Counted from the first letter of the stretch, positions 20,377 through 28,966 are shown. The stretch is DNA of 64,000 nucleotides from an uncultured Veillonellaceae bacterium (GCA_963805085.1 CAWDTA010000001.1:64001-128000); one strand, 5' to 3'. Notes: generated by a model from the sequence alone, not told the origin. Numbers and translations are program-made.

Positions 20377-20425
20377 TTTTTATTCAACGTTAATGTGAAT
20401 ATACGACTAGAAAGGAAAGGTTACC

Positions 20426-21088
20426 ATGCCAAATATTGAATCAAAGGCAGGACAAAAAGAAGAACAGCAAAACTCATCAAGAAACCAGAATGAACAGGAA
20501 AACTTTTCAAGAAATCAGAATGAAGAGCGTAGCCGCGGTCAGTGTATGAGGGAACGAATCTCAAAAACGGTCAATCGAGAATCAGCTGAAGGATTAGACC
20601 AAATTTTTGAGGCTAAGTTGGCCGCTGTTCATACTTATGAAAACAAATTAACATCGGTAACTGATCCGTATGCTCGAAAAGTCCTTCAGGATATGATCAA
20701 TCAAGAACGCAGAGAATTAATGAATCTTACGGAGCTTGCCGATATTGTTGATCAAAGCCCAGATATGGGGCGATTTACCCGTACGCGTCGCCAAATGGGA
20801 CATCAGCTTAAAATGAAAACAGGACATGATACGACGTTTTGGCTTGGAGCAGCTGCATTGACGGTACTCTTGATGCCTGGTTTGAGAGAACAACTTCGGC
20901 CCCTGACAGTTAAGACTACGCAGGGGATCATGAGCTTATCTGAACAGATACAGGGCTTGTTTAGCGGTGTCCGCGAAGATTTAGAGGATATAGTCAGTCA
21001 AGCCCAATTTGAGAAATTCAAGGACTCAATTGATGGTGCAATTGAAGAAACAATACCAGATCCAAATGGTGGGCCAATACATGAATAA
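20426..21088 (+). CDS. Ferritin/rubrerythrin-like helical hairpin fused to a DUF5132-like membrane segment
   Basis: E..AAV..Y.....TDP.AR.VLQ.M..QE; FWLGAAALTVLLMP..R..LRP..VK...G......REDLEDIVSQA. Confidence 0.6.
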   Translation: MPNIESKAGQKEEQQNSSRNQNEQENFSRNQNEERSRGQCMRERISKTVNRESAEGLDQIFEAKLAAVHTYENKLTSVTDPYARKVLQDMINQERRELMNLTELADIVDQSPDMGRFTRTRRQMGHQLKMKTGHDTTFWLGAAALTVLLMPGLREQLRPLTVKTTQGIMSLSEQIQGLFSGVREDLEDIVSQAQFEKFKDSIDGAIEETIPDPNGGPIHE

Positions 21089-21101
21089 AGGAGAAAAAAG
21101 T

Positions 21102-21335
21102 ATGGAAGATATAAGAATCTTGCAGGAAAAGGTTTCGACGATCAAGCAGGAATTAAGAAATGCTGTAGACTTAAGCCTTGAAATACGAGCACAGTCATCC
21201 GAGTCAAAAGAAGAGGTGATTAAAATTTGGGAAATTTTATTGAAAGATTTATTTGGCTATATTAAGCAGCGTAGTAAGGAGGCAAAAGACAATTTGCTTT
21301 CTGGTGTTTCATGGGCACGCTTAAAGTTATTTTAA
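21102..21335 (+). CDS. Hypothetical 77-aa helical protein
   Basis: RBS AAAGGAG before ATG 21102; lies between the ferritin-like gene and the ATPase. Confidence 0.7.
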   Translation: MEDIRILQEKVSTIKQELRNAVDLSLEIRAQSSESKEEVIKIWEILLKDLFGYIKQRSKEAKDNLLSGVSWARLKLF

Positions 21336-21424
21336 ATAAACAGCAAGGAAGAGTCTCCTTGCTATGCTCTTTTTAGTTACCGTCTAAAGTTGAATTAACG
21401 GTTTTGGTAAAAGGGGGATAAAGG

Positions 21425-24400
21425 TTGGAAACAGTGGATGCTACAGGAAAATATAGACTCATACCAGGTCGTTTGCGAATTGAAGTGGATGGTTTGCGCA
21501 GAAATTCTATATTGGCAAAGCGACTAAAAGATCAGCTTAGTCGCGTAAAAGGAATCAGTGAAGTTAGAGCCAATCCACTCACTGGGCGCATTTTGATACT
21601 TTTTGATTATAAAGTTATCGATTTTCCTCAGATAAAGAATGAAATAAATACAGTGGTAAATCAGTATAAAAAAGTTAAACAATTTTACGCTGAAAAAGTG
21701 CTTGTAAATCAAATTGCGGCAACCATTGCTGCCGTTCCAGCTGCGCAGGAAAATTCCAATTCGGGTTTGTATGCGCTTGCCACAGGCGGTGTATTAGCGG
21801 CTATTATTGCAAAACGAATGGTAGTTGGCAAATCACCGCTAGCATCATCACAGCACATTTTTAATTTAACGGCGCTAACAACGATTGTTTCTGGGTATCC
21901 TTTATTTCGCAGTGGCTTACAGGGATTGATACGAGATAAGCGCATCAATCATGATCTGATTATATTTATGGCCTCATTAGTATTGCTAGCGATGAGGGAA
22001 AGCTTTGTCGGTTTGTCCATCTTATGGGTTGTGCATTTAACCAATCTTTTTCAATTTATGGCACAGTCTAAATCCCGTGCCCGAATCCATACAATCATGC
22101 AGCAAAAACAGCATGATTTGTTTAAGCTAGAAAATGACCGTAGGCAGGAAATAAAGGCATATGATATCAAAGAGGGTGATATCCTTGTTCTTCATTCTGG
22201 AGAACGAGTACCTGTTGAAGGCAAAGTCATTGCAGGAAAGGCAGGAATAAATTGTGCTGCTGTAACTGGTGATAGCTTACCTTATTTGGCTTCAGAAGGA
22301 GATATCATAAGTGCTGGTTCGCTAATAGAAACAGGTTCACTACAGATCAGGGTGTTAGATGTAAGCATGACTCCTTTTGTACCACAGGCATATGATGCTA
22401 GTAAGTATGAAGAAAATTGGCATAGTAGTGATCGTTATGTGAATAAAATCATGTGGTGGAGTTTGACGGCAGCAGGGCTCATATTCTTCTTTACTCGGGA
22501 TGTCTCTCGAAGTATTGCTGTACTGCTAGCTGGGTCGCCAGCAGCTATTTCCTTAGCGAGAAATTCAGCGGTGGGGGCAGCTATCGCGCAAGCGACTAGG
22601 CAAAATATCTATGTAAAAGAACCGCGGGCTTTAGAAGCTGCCGGAGAAATAGATACAGTAATTTTAGATAAAACAGGGACCTTGACTGAAGCAGTGCCAC
22701 ATATTGTGGATATCATTGCCTGTGATATGATGAGTGAAAATGATGTTTTGACATTGGCGGCAGCAGCTGGGCAGAAGGAATATCATCCATATAGCAGGGT
22801 ATTGGTGATGGAGACGCAACGAAGAGGTATTAAATTGCCGGAGGCAGTCAGCCAGACGTCTCATGGTATGGGAGTATGCGCAAAAATTGCCGATAAAGAT
22901 GTTGTCGTAGGTAATCGGGCGCTTATGCTACGCGAGCAAATTCAGCTAAGCAGAGTGAGGGCTCAAGCGGCTAGAATGGAGCTCAATGGTAATACCGTCA
23001 CTTATGTCGCTGTAAATAAAAGACTTTGTGGACTAATTGCCGTAAAGGATAAAGTGAAAGAAGCCAGTTTTGAAAGCGTGGCTGCCTTACGATGTATAGG
23101 AATTGAAAATATTGCTTTATTATCAGGAGATTCATCTCCCGCTGCTGATCGTGTTGCAGCAACCCTTGATATTCCATGTAAATATGGGGGGCTGTTGCCA
23201 AATCAAAAAGCAAAAATGATACAAGAGCTAAAAGAGCAGAAATATAAAGTGATTATGGTTGGCGATGGGATTAATGATTCACAAGCATTGGCGATTAGTG
23301 ATGTTGGCATTGCCATGGGAAAAATAGGCGTAAGCCCTACCATCAGTCAGGCTGATATTGTGATAGGGGATGACGATCCACGTAAAATAGCCATGACAGT
23401 AGTTTTAGGCAAACAGCTTAATGAAGTCGTCAAACAGAACACTGCTTTGGCAGCTGGGTTAAATATTATTGGAATTGCTTTAGCCGCAGCACGACTTATT
23501 TCACCTTTGACAGCAGGATTACTGGTTAATATAAGCACACTTGGAGTGGTCTTAAATTCAGGGCGCCTCTTTAAGTCTAAAAAATCTAAAAAAGATATTG
23601 TGGCTTCAAGTAGGTTGGATTTACAGTGCTTTGCCGCACGACAAATTACACCTGAGACTACCAGCCAAAGCGATATAAAAGCGAATTTAGAGACAAAAAA
23701 ATGGCACGGAATGAGCCAAGAAGCGGTTTGTGAAGCATTGGATACTTCGGAAAAATTCGGGATCAGCGAGCAGGAAGCTGGCAGGCGGCGTTTAATCTAT
23801 GGTCACAACAAGTTAACTGCGCGGGAAAAACCTTCTTTTTGGCGACAATTACTAGATCAATTCAAAGATTTTATGGTACAGGTTTTAATGGGGGCTGCAA
23901 CCTTAAGTTTCGTGCTAGGAAAACGAAGGGATGCTATGCTGACCATAGGTATTGTTACCGCTAATGCTTTTCTTGGGGTTGCTCAAGAACGAAAGGCGGG
24001 AAAATCTTTAGAAGTTTTACAGGAATTGGCTGCACCGCAGGCTAGAGTCATTCGTGCAGGACGGACAACAAAAATCAATGCTGCAGCCTTGGTTCCTGGT
24101 GATGTGATTGTATTGGAAGCTGGTGACCGAGTGCCTGCTGATGCTAGATTATTAACAGGCGTTCATTTTGAAGTTGAGGAAGCTTCCTTAACAGGGGAGA
24201 CTATGCCTGTTAAAAAACAGTGGTTAAAAAGTGATGAAATTGAAGTTTCACTAGGAGATCGGAAAAATATGGCATTTATGGGAACAACAGTCACCAAAGG
24301 GCGGGCTATGGCAGTGGTAGTTGCTACGGGAATGACCACTGAAATGGGCAAGATTGCATCCTTGATTGCTCAGCACAAGGAAGAAGCAACGCCACTGCAA

Positions 24401-26449
24401 CGGCGTCTTGAAGAATTAGGGAAATACCTAGTGTATGGTTGTTTAGGCGTTTCTGGACTCGTATTTTGTGTAGGAATGCTGCGTGGTGAGCAATTGATTA
24501 ATATGCTGCAGACAGCGGCTAGTTTGGCTGTAGCAGCGATACCGGAGGGGCTGTCTGCTATTGTTCTTATTGCCTTGGCAATGGGAGTCCAAAGAATGAG
24601 TAAACGTAATATTATTGTTAGCAAACTTTCTTCTATTGAGACACTAGGTTCGGCTACGGTTATTTGTTCGGATAAGACTGGGACACTTACACAAAATCAA
24701 ATGACTGTACGTGAAGTGTTTTCGCTAGGTGGACAATGGGGAGTTTCTGGAGAAGGGTACAATCCCAAAGGGCAGTTTAGTGAGAACAATCAGAATGTGG
24801 AGCCAGATAAGTTGCTAAAAAAGATTGCAAGCATTGCAGCTTTATGCAATAATGCAAAACTTATGAAAGCGCAGCAGAATGTTAATGGTAAAGTAGTGCC
24901 ACTAAAACCATGTAGGGAAGAAAAATGGACGATTGATGGCGATCCTACTGAGGGAGCTCTCCTCACATTAGCTGCTAAAGCTGGGCTTAATCTCGAACAG
25001 TTTACGCAAACGAATTGTCGTGAGATTGAATATCCATTTGAGTCGGAACGGTGCATGATGTCCGTTGTGTGTACCGATGAAAATCAAGAGTCTTCACTGT
25101 ATTCAAAGGGCGCTCCAGATAAAATTATCAGTCTTTGCACGCATTATACAGATGGGGAAAATATTTATCCGCTTGATGATGTATTGCGCCAAAAAGTTGA
25201 ACAGGCTAACGATGCTATGGCCTTAAAAGCGCTAAGAGTGCTGGCTTGTGCCTATCGTCCGATGGATGTTAGTGAGAATAAAGAAGATGAAAGTACAGTG
25301 GAAGGAAAATTAGTTTTTTGTGGACTGGTGGGAATGATTGATCCGCCTCGCCCGGAGGTTCCAACAGCTATTGAAAAGTGTCGGCGGGCTGGCGTGAAAG
25401 TGGTTATGATTACGGGAGATCATCCTAGTACGGCTAAGGCTATCGGTAAGGAATTGGGATTGATTGCTGATAACAGCGGAATCGTAACTGGTGGGCAAAT
25501 AGATAAAATGAGCGATGAAGAACTTATTCAGGCAGTAGAAGCCGTTCGTATATTTGCTAGGACATCACCTCAACAGAAACTGCGTATCGTAAAAGCATTT
25601 AAAAGCAGAGGTGAAGTGGTTGCAATGACTGGAGATGGCGTTAACGATGCGCCTGCCGTTAAGGCCGCAGATATTGGCATCGCTATGGGGGTAACTGGAA
25701 CAGATGTTACAAAACAAGCTGCCTGTATGACTTTAGCCGATGACAATTTCGCAACAATAGTGAGGGCGATGGAAGAGGGACGGTCAATCTATGCTAATAT
25801 ACGCAAAGCAATCCGTTATCTGCTCGCCACCAATATTGGCGAAGTCGTTTTAATGTTTTTGGCGGCAGTGATAGGGATGCCGTTGCCACTGATACCAATA
25901 CAACTCTTATGGATTAATCTTGTTGGGGATGGTCTTCCAGCAATTGCGCTAGTCAATGACCCTCCTCCGGCTGATGTAATGGAACAAGCTCCACAGTCAA
26001 GTAGTGATAGTGTTTTTGCGAATGGCCTAGGAAAGAAAGTTCTCAGCAGAGGCTTGATTATCGGTATGGGGAGTCTTTTCTTATATGCTTGGAAGCTGCG
26101 TGCTAGTGGTAGCATAATGCTTGCGCGTACTTTAACGCTGGCACAACTAGCGATCAGTCAGTTTATTCACATTTTTGACTGCCGCATAGAAAAAGGCATG
26201 GGTGGAATAAAACAATTTGCAAGTAATAAGTGGCTGATAGCAGCTGTTGCTCTATCGATGTCAATGGTTGCTATAGTTATTCAATATCCAGTATTACAGC
26301 CTGTGTTTGGTACTGTAGCTTTGACCGCTTGGGAGTGGCTAATGGCGCTCATTGTGGCGATGATAACCTCGGCAGTAGATTTTCTGGTCGTAAGAAAAAT
26401 TGAACAAAAAAATTTGATACAGCAACCAGTAAAGGTGTTAACTAATTAA
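21425..26449 (+). CDS. Tandem P-type ATPase: HMA_2 + P1B-like half fused to P2A (Ca/Mn-type) half
   Basis: PGRLRI...V.ANPLTGRILI; DKTGTLT at residues ~415 and ~1083; two GDGxND; IPEGL, TGET, NLVGDGLPA. Confidence 0.9.
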   Translation: METVDATGKYRLIPGRLRIEVDGLRRNSILAKRLKDQLSRVKGISEVRANPLTGRILILFDYKVIDFPQIKNEINTVVNQYKKVKQFYAEKVLVNQIAATIAAVPAAQENSNSGLYALATGGVLAAIIAKRMVVGKSPLASSQHIFNLTALTTIVSGYPLFRSGLQGLIRDKRINHDLIIFMASLVLLAMRESFVGLSILWVVHLTNLFQFMAQSKSRARIHTIMQQKQHDLFKLENDRRQEIKAYDIKEGDILVLHSGERVPVEGKVIAGKAGINCAAVTGDSLPYLASEGDIISAGSLIETGSLQIRVLDVSMTPFVPQAYDASKYEENWHSSDRYVNKIMWWSLTAAGLIFFFTRDVSRSIAVLLAGSPAAISLARNSAVGAAIAQATRQNIYVKEPRALEAAGEIDTVILDKTGTLTEAVPHIVDIIACDMMSENDVLTLAAAAGQKEYHPYSRVLVMETQRRGIKLPEAVSQTSHGMGVCAKIADKDVVVGNRALMLREQIQLSRVRAQAARMELNGNTVTYVAVNKRLCGLIAVKDKVKEASFESVAALRCIGIENIALLSGDSSPAADRVAATLDIPCKYGGLLPNQKAKMIQELKEQKYKVIMVGDGINDSQALAISDVGIAMGKIGVSPTISQADIVIGDDDPRKIAMTVVLGKQLNEVVKQNTALAAGLNIIGIALAAARLISPLTAGLLVNISTLGVVLNSGRLFKSKKSKKDIVASSRLDLQCFAARQITPETTSQSDIKANLETKKWHGMSQEAVCEALDTSEKFGISEQEAGRRRLIYGHNKLTAREKPSFWRQLLDQFKDFMVQVLMGAATLSFVLGKRRDAMLTIGIVTANAFLGVAQERKAGKSLEVLQELAAPQARVIRAGRTTKINAAALVPGDVIVLEAGDRVPADARLLTGVHFEVEEASLTGETMPVKKQWLKSDEIEVSLGDRKNMAFMGTTVTKGRAMAVVVATGMTTEMGKIASLIAQHKEEATPLQRRLEELGKYLVYGCLGVSGLVFCVGMLRGEQLINMLQTAASLAVAAIPEGLSAIVLIALAMGVQRMSKRNIIVSKLSSIETLGSATVICSDKTGTLTQNQMTVREVFSLGGQWGVSGEGYNPKGQFSENNQNVEPDKLLKKIASIAALCNNAKLMKAQQNVNGKVVPLKPCREEKWTIDGDPTEGALLTLAAKAGLNLEQFTQTNCREIEYPFESERCMMSVVCTDENQESSLYSKGAPDKIISLCTHYTDGENIYPLDDVLRQKVEQANDAMALKALRVLACAYRPMDVSENKEDESTVEGKLVFCGLVGMIDPPRPEVPTAIEKCRRAGVKVVMITGDHPSTAKAIGKELGLIADNSGIVTGGQIDKMSDEELIQAVEAVRIFARTSPQQKLRIVKAFKSRGEVVAMTGDGVNDAPAVKAADIGIAMGVTGTDVTKQAACMTLADDNFATIVRAMEEGRSIYANIRKAIRYLLATNIGEVVLMFLAAVIGMPLPLIPIQLLWINLVGDGLPAIALVNDPPPADVMEQAPQSSSDSVFANGLGKKVLSRGLIIGMGSLFLYAWKLRASGSIMLARTLTLAQLAISQFIHIFDCRIEKGMGGIKQFASNKWLIAAVALSMSMVAIVIQYPVLQPVFGTVALTAWEWLMALIVAMITSAVDFLVVRKIEQKNLIQQPVKVLTN

Positions 26450-26499
26450 AAAACATGAAGGTGAGCTAAAATTAATATTAGCTTTACCTTCATGTTTTT
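26448..26499 (+). terminator. Intrinsic terminator after ATPase
   Basis: aaaaacatgaaggtgagctaa/ttagctttaccttcatgttttt. Confidence 0.7.
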
Positions 26500-26538
26500 C
26501 ATTTCTTTGCAAATACTAATAGCGAGGAGGTGATTTTT

Positions 26539-26691
26539 ATGTATTGGTTACTTGCTCGTCCAGCAATTGGTTGGGGTGCTTTTCTATTGGTGCATGCAAT
26601 TGGGATCCCACTTGTTTATGGTATGGGAAAAAATTGCGGTATGAAAAGGACAAATCAGTTGGAAGGAGGTAAAGAAATAGCAGTAGATTAA
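26539..26691 (+). CDS. Unannotated 50-aa membrane protein
   Basis: Strong RBS GAGGAGGTGA; MYWLLARPAIGWGAFLLVHAIGIPLVYGMGKNCGMKRTNQLEGGKEIAVD*; hairpin follows. Confidence 0.75.
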   Translation: MYWLLARPAIGWGAFLLVHAIGIPLVYGMGKNCGMKRTNQLEGGKEIAVD

Positions 26692-26694
26692 GCA

Positions 26695-26730
26695 AATAGG
26701 GCTTCCACCTTAACTGGTGAAAGCCCTATT
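26695..26730. terminator. Hairpin between convergent genes
   Basis: aatagggctt...aagccctatt. Confidence 0.6.
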
Positions 26731-26737
26731 CGGATTG

Positions 26738-27310
26738 TTATTTGACTGGTTTTTTATGGGCGGCGCGGCGACGGGGCAAATCATCAGTTTCCAACTTATC
26801 ATCTATCAACTGGAGTGATGATTCTTCTAAATGGTCACTTGTTTGGGATTCGTCAACAGCATCGACATAGTTAGTAGCATCATTGCTATCATACGTTTCA
26901 ACAGCAAGACCAGCTTTAGCTTCATCCACAACATCCTTGAAGTTGTTACGCAATGATTTGGCTTTGTCTGATAAGGCTAAGGCACCAGCAGCGGTTGCTA
27001 CAGCTACACGACGACCTTGTTTTTTTGCCGTATGCTTTAAACAATCCATTGTTCCGGCTATTGCTTCCTGTGGCGTATTGTCAATATCTCTAGCTTCGGA
27101 AACGATGTCTGCAGTACTTTCTTTTATTTGGACTCCTAGTTCTTTTACACTATCTGCAAGTGCTAAGGCACCTCGGGTAGTTAAGACAGCTGCACTGCGG
27201 AGACCTCGTCTAACTGGTGGGAAAGCGACGGCGATTGCGGCTCCAGTTGCGATAAGAGCAACTGGTGAGCTACTTTCAATAACTCTTGAGCCTAAACGCA
27301 TAATATTCAT
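26738..27310 (-). CDS. DUF5132-like protein with internally duplicated motif and acidic tail
   Basis: TM (ALIATGAAIAVAFPP) then R.AAV....GALAL.D..K.L...K...DIV.EA twice. Confidence 0.7.
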   Translation of the reverse strand: MNIMRLGSRVIESSSPVALIATGAAIAVAFPPVRRGLRSAAVLTTRGALALADSVKELGVQIKESTADIVSEARDIDNTPQEAIAGTMDCLKHTAKKQGRRVAVATAAGALALSDKAKSLRNNFKDVVDEAKAGLAVETYDSNDATNYVDAVDESQTSDHLEESSLQLIDDKLETDDLPRRRAAHKKPVK

Positions 27311-27561
27311 ATTTCATCCCTCCTTTGCTCCTTTTTAGTAATTCCCAGTAAATATTATGGTTATGTACGCAAATTTAATGAAAATTATTTATAAAAAAAT
27401 GGATTTACTGGAACACATTAAGGAAACGACAATGAAGGAGTGCTATGAAGATTGACAACACCCCCATAATTAAGAAAATGAAATGATTTTATCAAGCAAT
27501 TAATTATTTGGAGGTAGTACTCATCAATTATGATGTTAGTGAAGTTAGAGTTAAAAAATAG

Positions 27562-28197
27562 CTACCCTAGTAGCTGATGGAGCCCGATTAGCATTAATAA
27601 CGTACCAGACACTAGAGTAGCGTATTTGCCTAGCTGCTCAGCGGCATATTTTTCACCAACATAATTACCTGTATAAATAGTGATAAGGCTGAATATACCT
27701 ATAAGAGCAGCCTCTAATAATGGGGATATGCCGATTGCTCCTGCATCAAATCCACCGGCTAAGGCATTTATGGAAAGCGCAGTGCCTAGGATAATTGCTT
27801 CCCAGTGTCCAATATTCTGTGAATTATCCATATCAGCTCTTTCTGGATAATTTAAAATTTCTGTAGGTCCAATATAGATTCTCCCCCCTAATAGCTGTAA
27901 ATCAATAATTGGCTGATTGGTCTTTATTGCGGTAATGATTGGTTGTGTAAAGATCCAGGCTCCTACCCCGAAGAGCAAGATAGCTCCGATAATACTAGTT
28001 ACTTCTGGACTCAAATATACGATGATTGCTTTACCAATTTCACCAGATAACCATGTGGCAACTAAAGATATTGCGGATATAATGAAATTAGAAATATGAG
28101 AAATTCTGATTTTTCGAATCCCATAGGCAATACCTACCCCGAGATTATCCAAATTGGCTGCTATAGCTATTAAGATACTGATGAAAAAACTATTCAT
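27562..28197 (-). CDS. ytaF: Sporulation membrane protein YtaF (MntP family), copy 2
   Basis: 211 aa, colinear paralogue of 18644..19279. Confidence 0.85.
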   Translation of the reverse strand: MNSFFISILIAIAANLDNLGVGIAYGIRKIRISHISNFIISAISLVATWLSGEIGKAIIVYLSPEVTSIIGAILLFGVGAWIFTQPIITAIKTNQPIIDLQLLGGRIYIGPTEILNYPERADMDNSQNIGHWEAIILGTALSINALAGGFDAGAIGISPLLEAALIGIFSLITIYTGNYVGEKYAAEQLGKYATLVSGTLLMLIGLHQLLG

Positions 28198-28221
28198 ACA
28201 TACAACTCCTTCCTAGTGTTA

Positions 28222-28249
28222 CATGATATGAATGGGTGTACAATTTTGT
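28222..28249 (-). promoter_or_regulatory. Sigma-K-like promoter of ytaF copy 2
   Basis: AC-N17-CATATCATG. Confidence 0.4.
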
Positions 28250-28289
28250 TCAAAATATGCTAAGATACGAATTTTCATTTTAAAACTCC

Positions 28290-28575
28290 ATAATAGGAGT
28301 CTTTGCATTCGTGTAATATATAGAATGCAAAAGGAAATAGCAATAAGGGTGATCGTATTGATTAACGCCGCAAGAATTCCTGCTCGGTGCAACCAATATG
28401 TTACTCATATAGTTGGTTTGTGACTCGCCAATTTGACAGTCCACCAACTTAATATTAAAGAAAAGTGGTCCCCAGCATCGCTGGTTAGTACCAAACTATT
28501 AGTCAGGTATCCGTCGATTAGTTTAACGGTAAATGTCAGCATAGTAACTAAAACTAATAATTTACTAGATCGCAT
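28290..28575 (-). pseudogene. Degraded CzcD/ZitB-type cation diffusion facilitator
   Basis: GYLTNSLVLTSDAG[HxxxD lost]..LSW..KPTI*VTYWLHRAGILAALINTITLI; stop and truncation. Confidence 0.75.
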
Positions 28576-28637
28576 ATATTTTTCTCCTATAGTGGAATTA
28601 TTGATAGCAATGGAATAGAATAAAGTAATCCAATTGA

Positions 28638-28652
28638 CGATAATGATTATCG
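28638..28652. promoter_or_regulatory. Fur-family box (7-1-7)
   Basis: cGATAATgATTATCg matches TGATAATnATTATCA core. Confidence 0.5.
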
Positions 28653-28679
28653 GTATCGTGATTTTTTTACAAGGTTGGA

Positions 28680-28707
28680 ACATCCTGCAGTAGATAGGCA
28701 TACAATA
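28680..28707 (+). promoter_or_regulatory. Sigma-K/E-like promoter upstream of the yybP-ykoY riboswitch
   Basis: AC-N17-CATACAATA about 35 nt before the aptamer. Confidence 0.5.
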
Positions 28708-28741
28708 CTGTGTAAAACCTTCATAAACCCTTCATAAACCC

Positions 28742-28843
28742 ATAAAGGGGAGTAGCTAACGGGTTTTTACCCGGAAGTAGAATCGACATACTGGCGAAAG
28801 CCCGGTTCTACTGGCAGAAAGACTGCTATAGCGAGACCTTTAT
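28742..28843 (+). ncRNA. yybP-ykoY (Mn2+-sensing) riboswitch aptamer
   Basis: ATAAAGGGGAGTAGC...AATCGACATAC...GCGAGACCTTTAT with P1 ataaagg/cctttat. Confidence 0.88.
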
Positions 28844-28887
28844 TTCTAAGCTTTATAGCTCGGAAATAAAGGTCTCTTTATATTTTC
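28833..28887 (+). terminator. Riboswitch expression-platform terminator overlapping P1
   Basis: gagacctttatttc/gaaataaaggtctc followed by tttatatttt; mutually exclusive with P1 (ON-switch layout). Confidence 0.8.
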
Positions 28888-28966
28888 CTATGAAATTCCG
28901 CAAGGTTTGTAGCTAGGTTGCCACCTACTATAAACCTTATGGAATACACATCATATATTTAGTTTA

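Noticed and set aside
26883-27338. 151-aa plus-strand ORF and the many other 60-165 aa ORFs overlapping long genes
   Set aside because: Antisense or out-of-frame shadows of well-supported CDSs, with no RBS or motifs.
28714-28745. Short tandem repeat (cttcataaacc x2) before the riboswitch
   Set aside because: Two 11-bp units only; likely slippage, not a CRISPR or iteron array.
28890-28916. 8-codon ORF (MKFRKVCS) after the Mn riboswitch as its regulated gene
   Set aside because: No Shine-Dalgarno, and it lies within a hairpin; too short to support.
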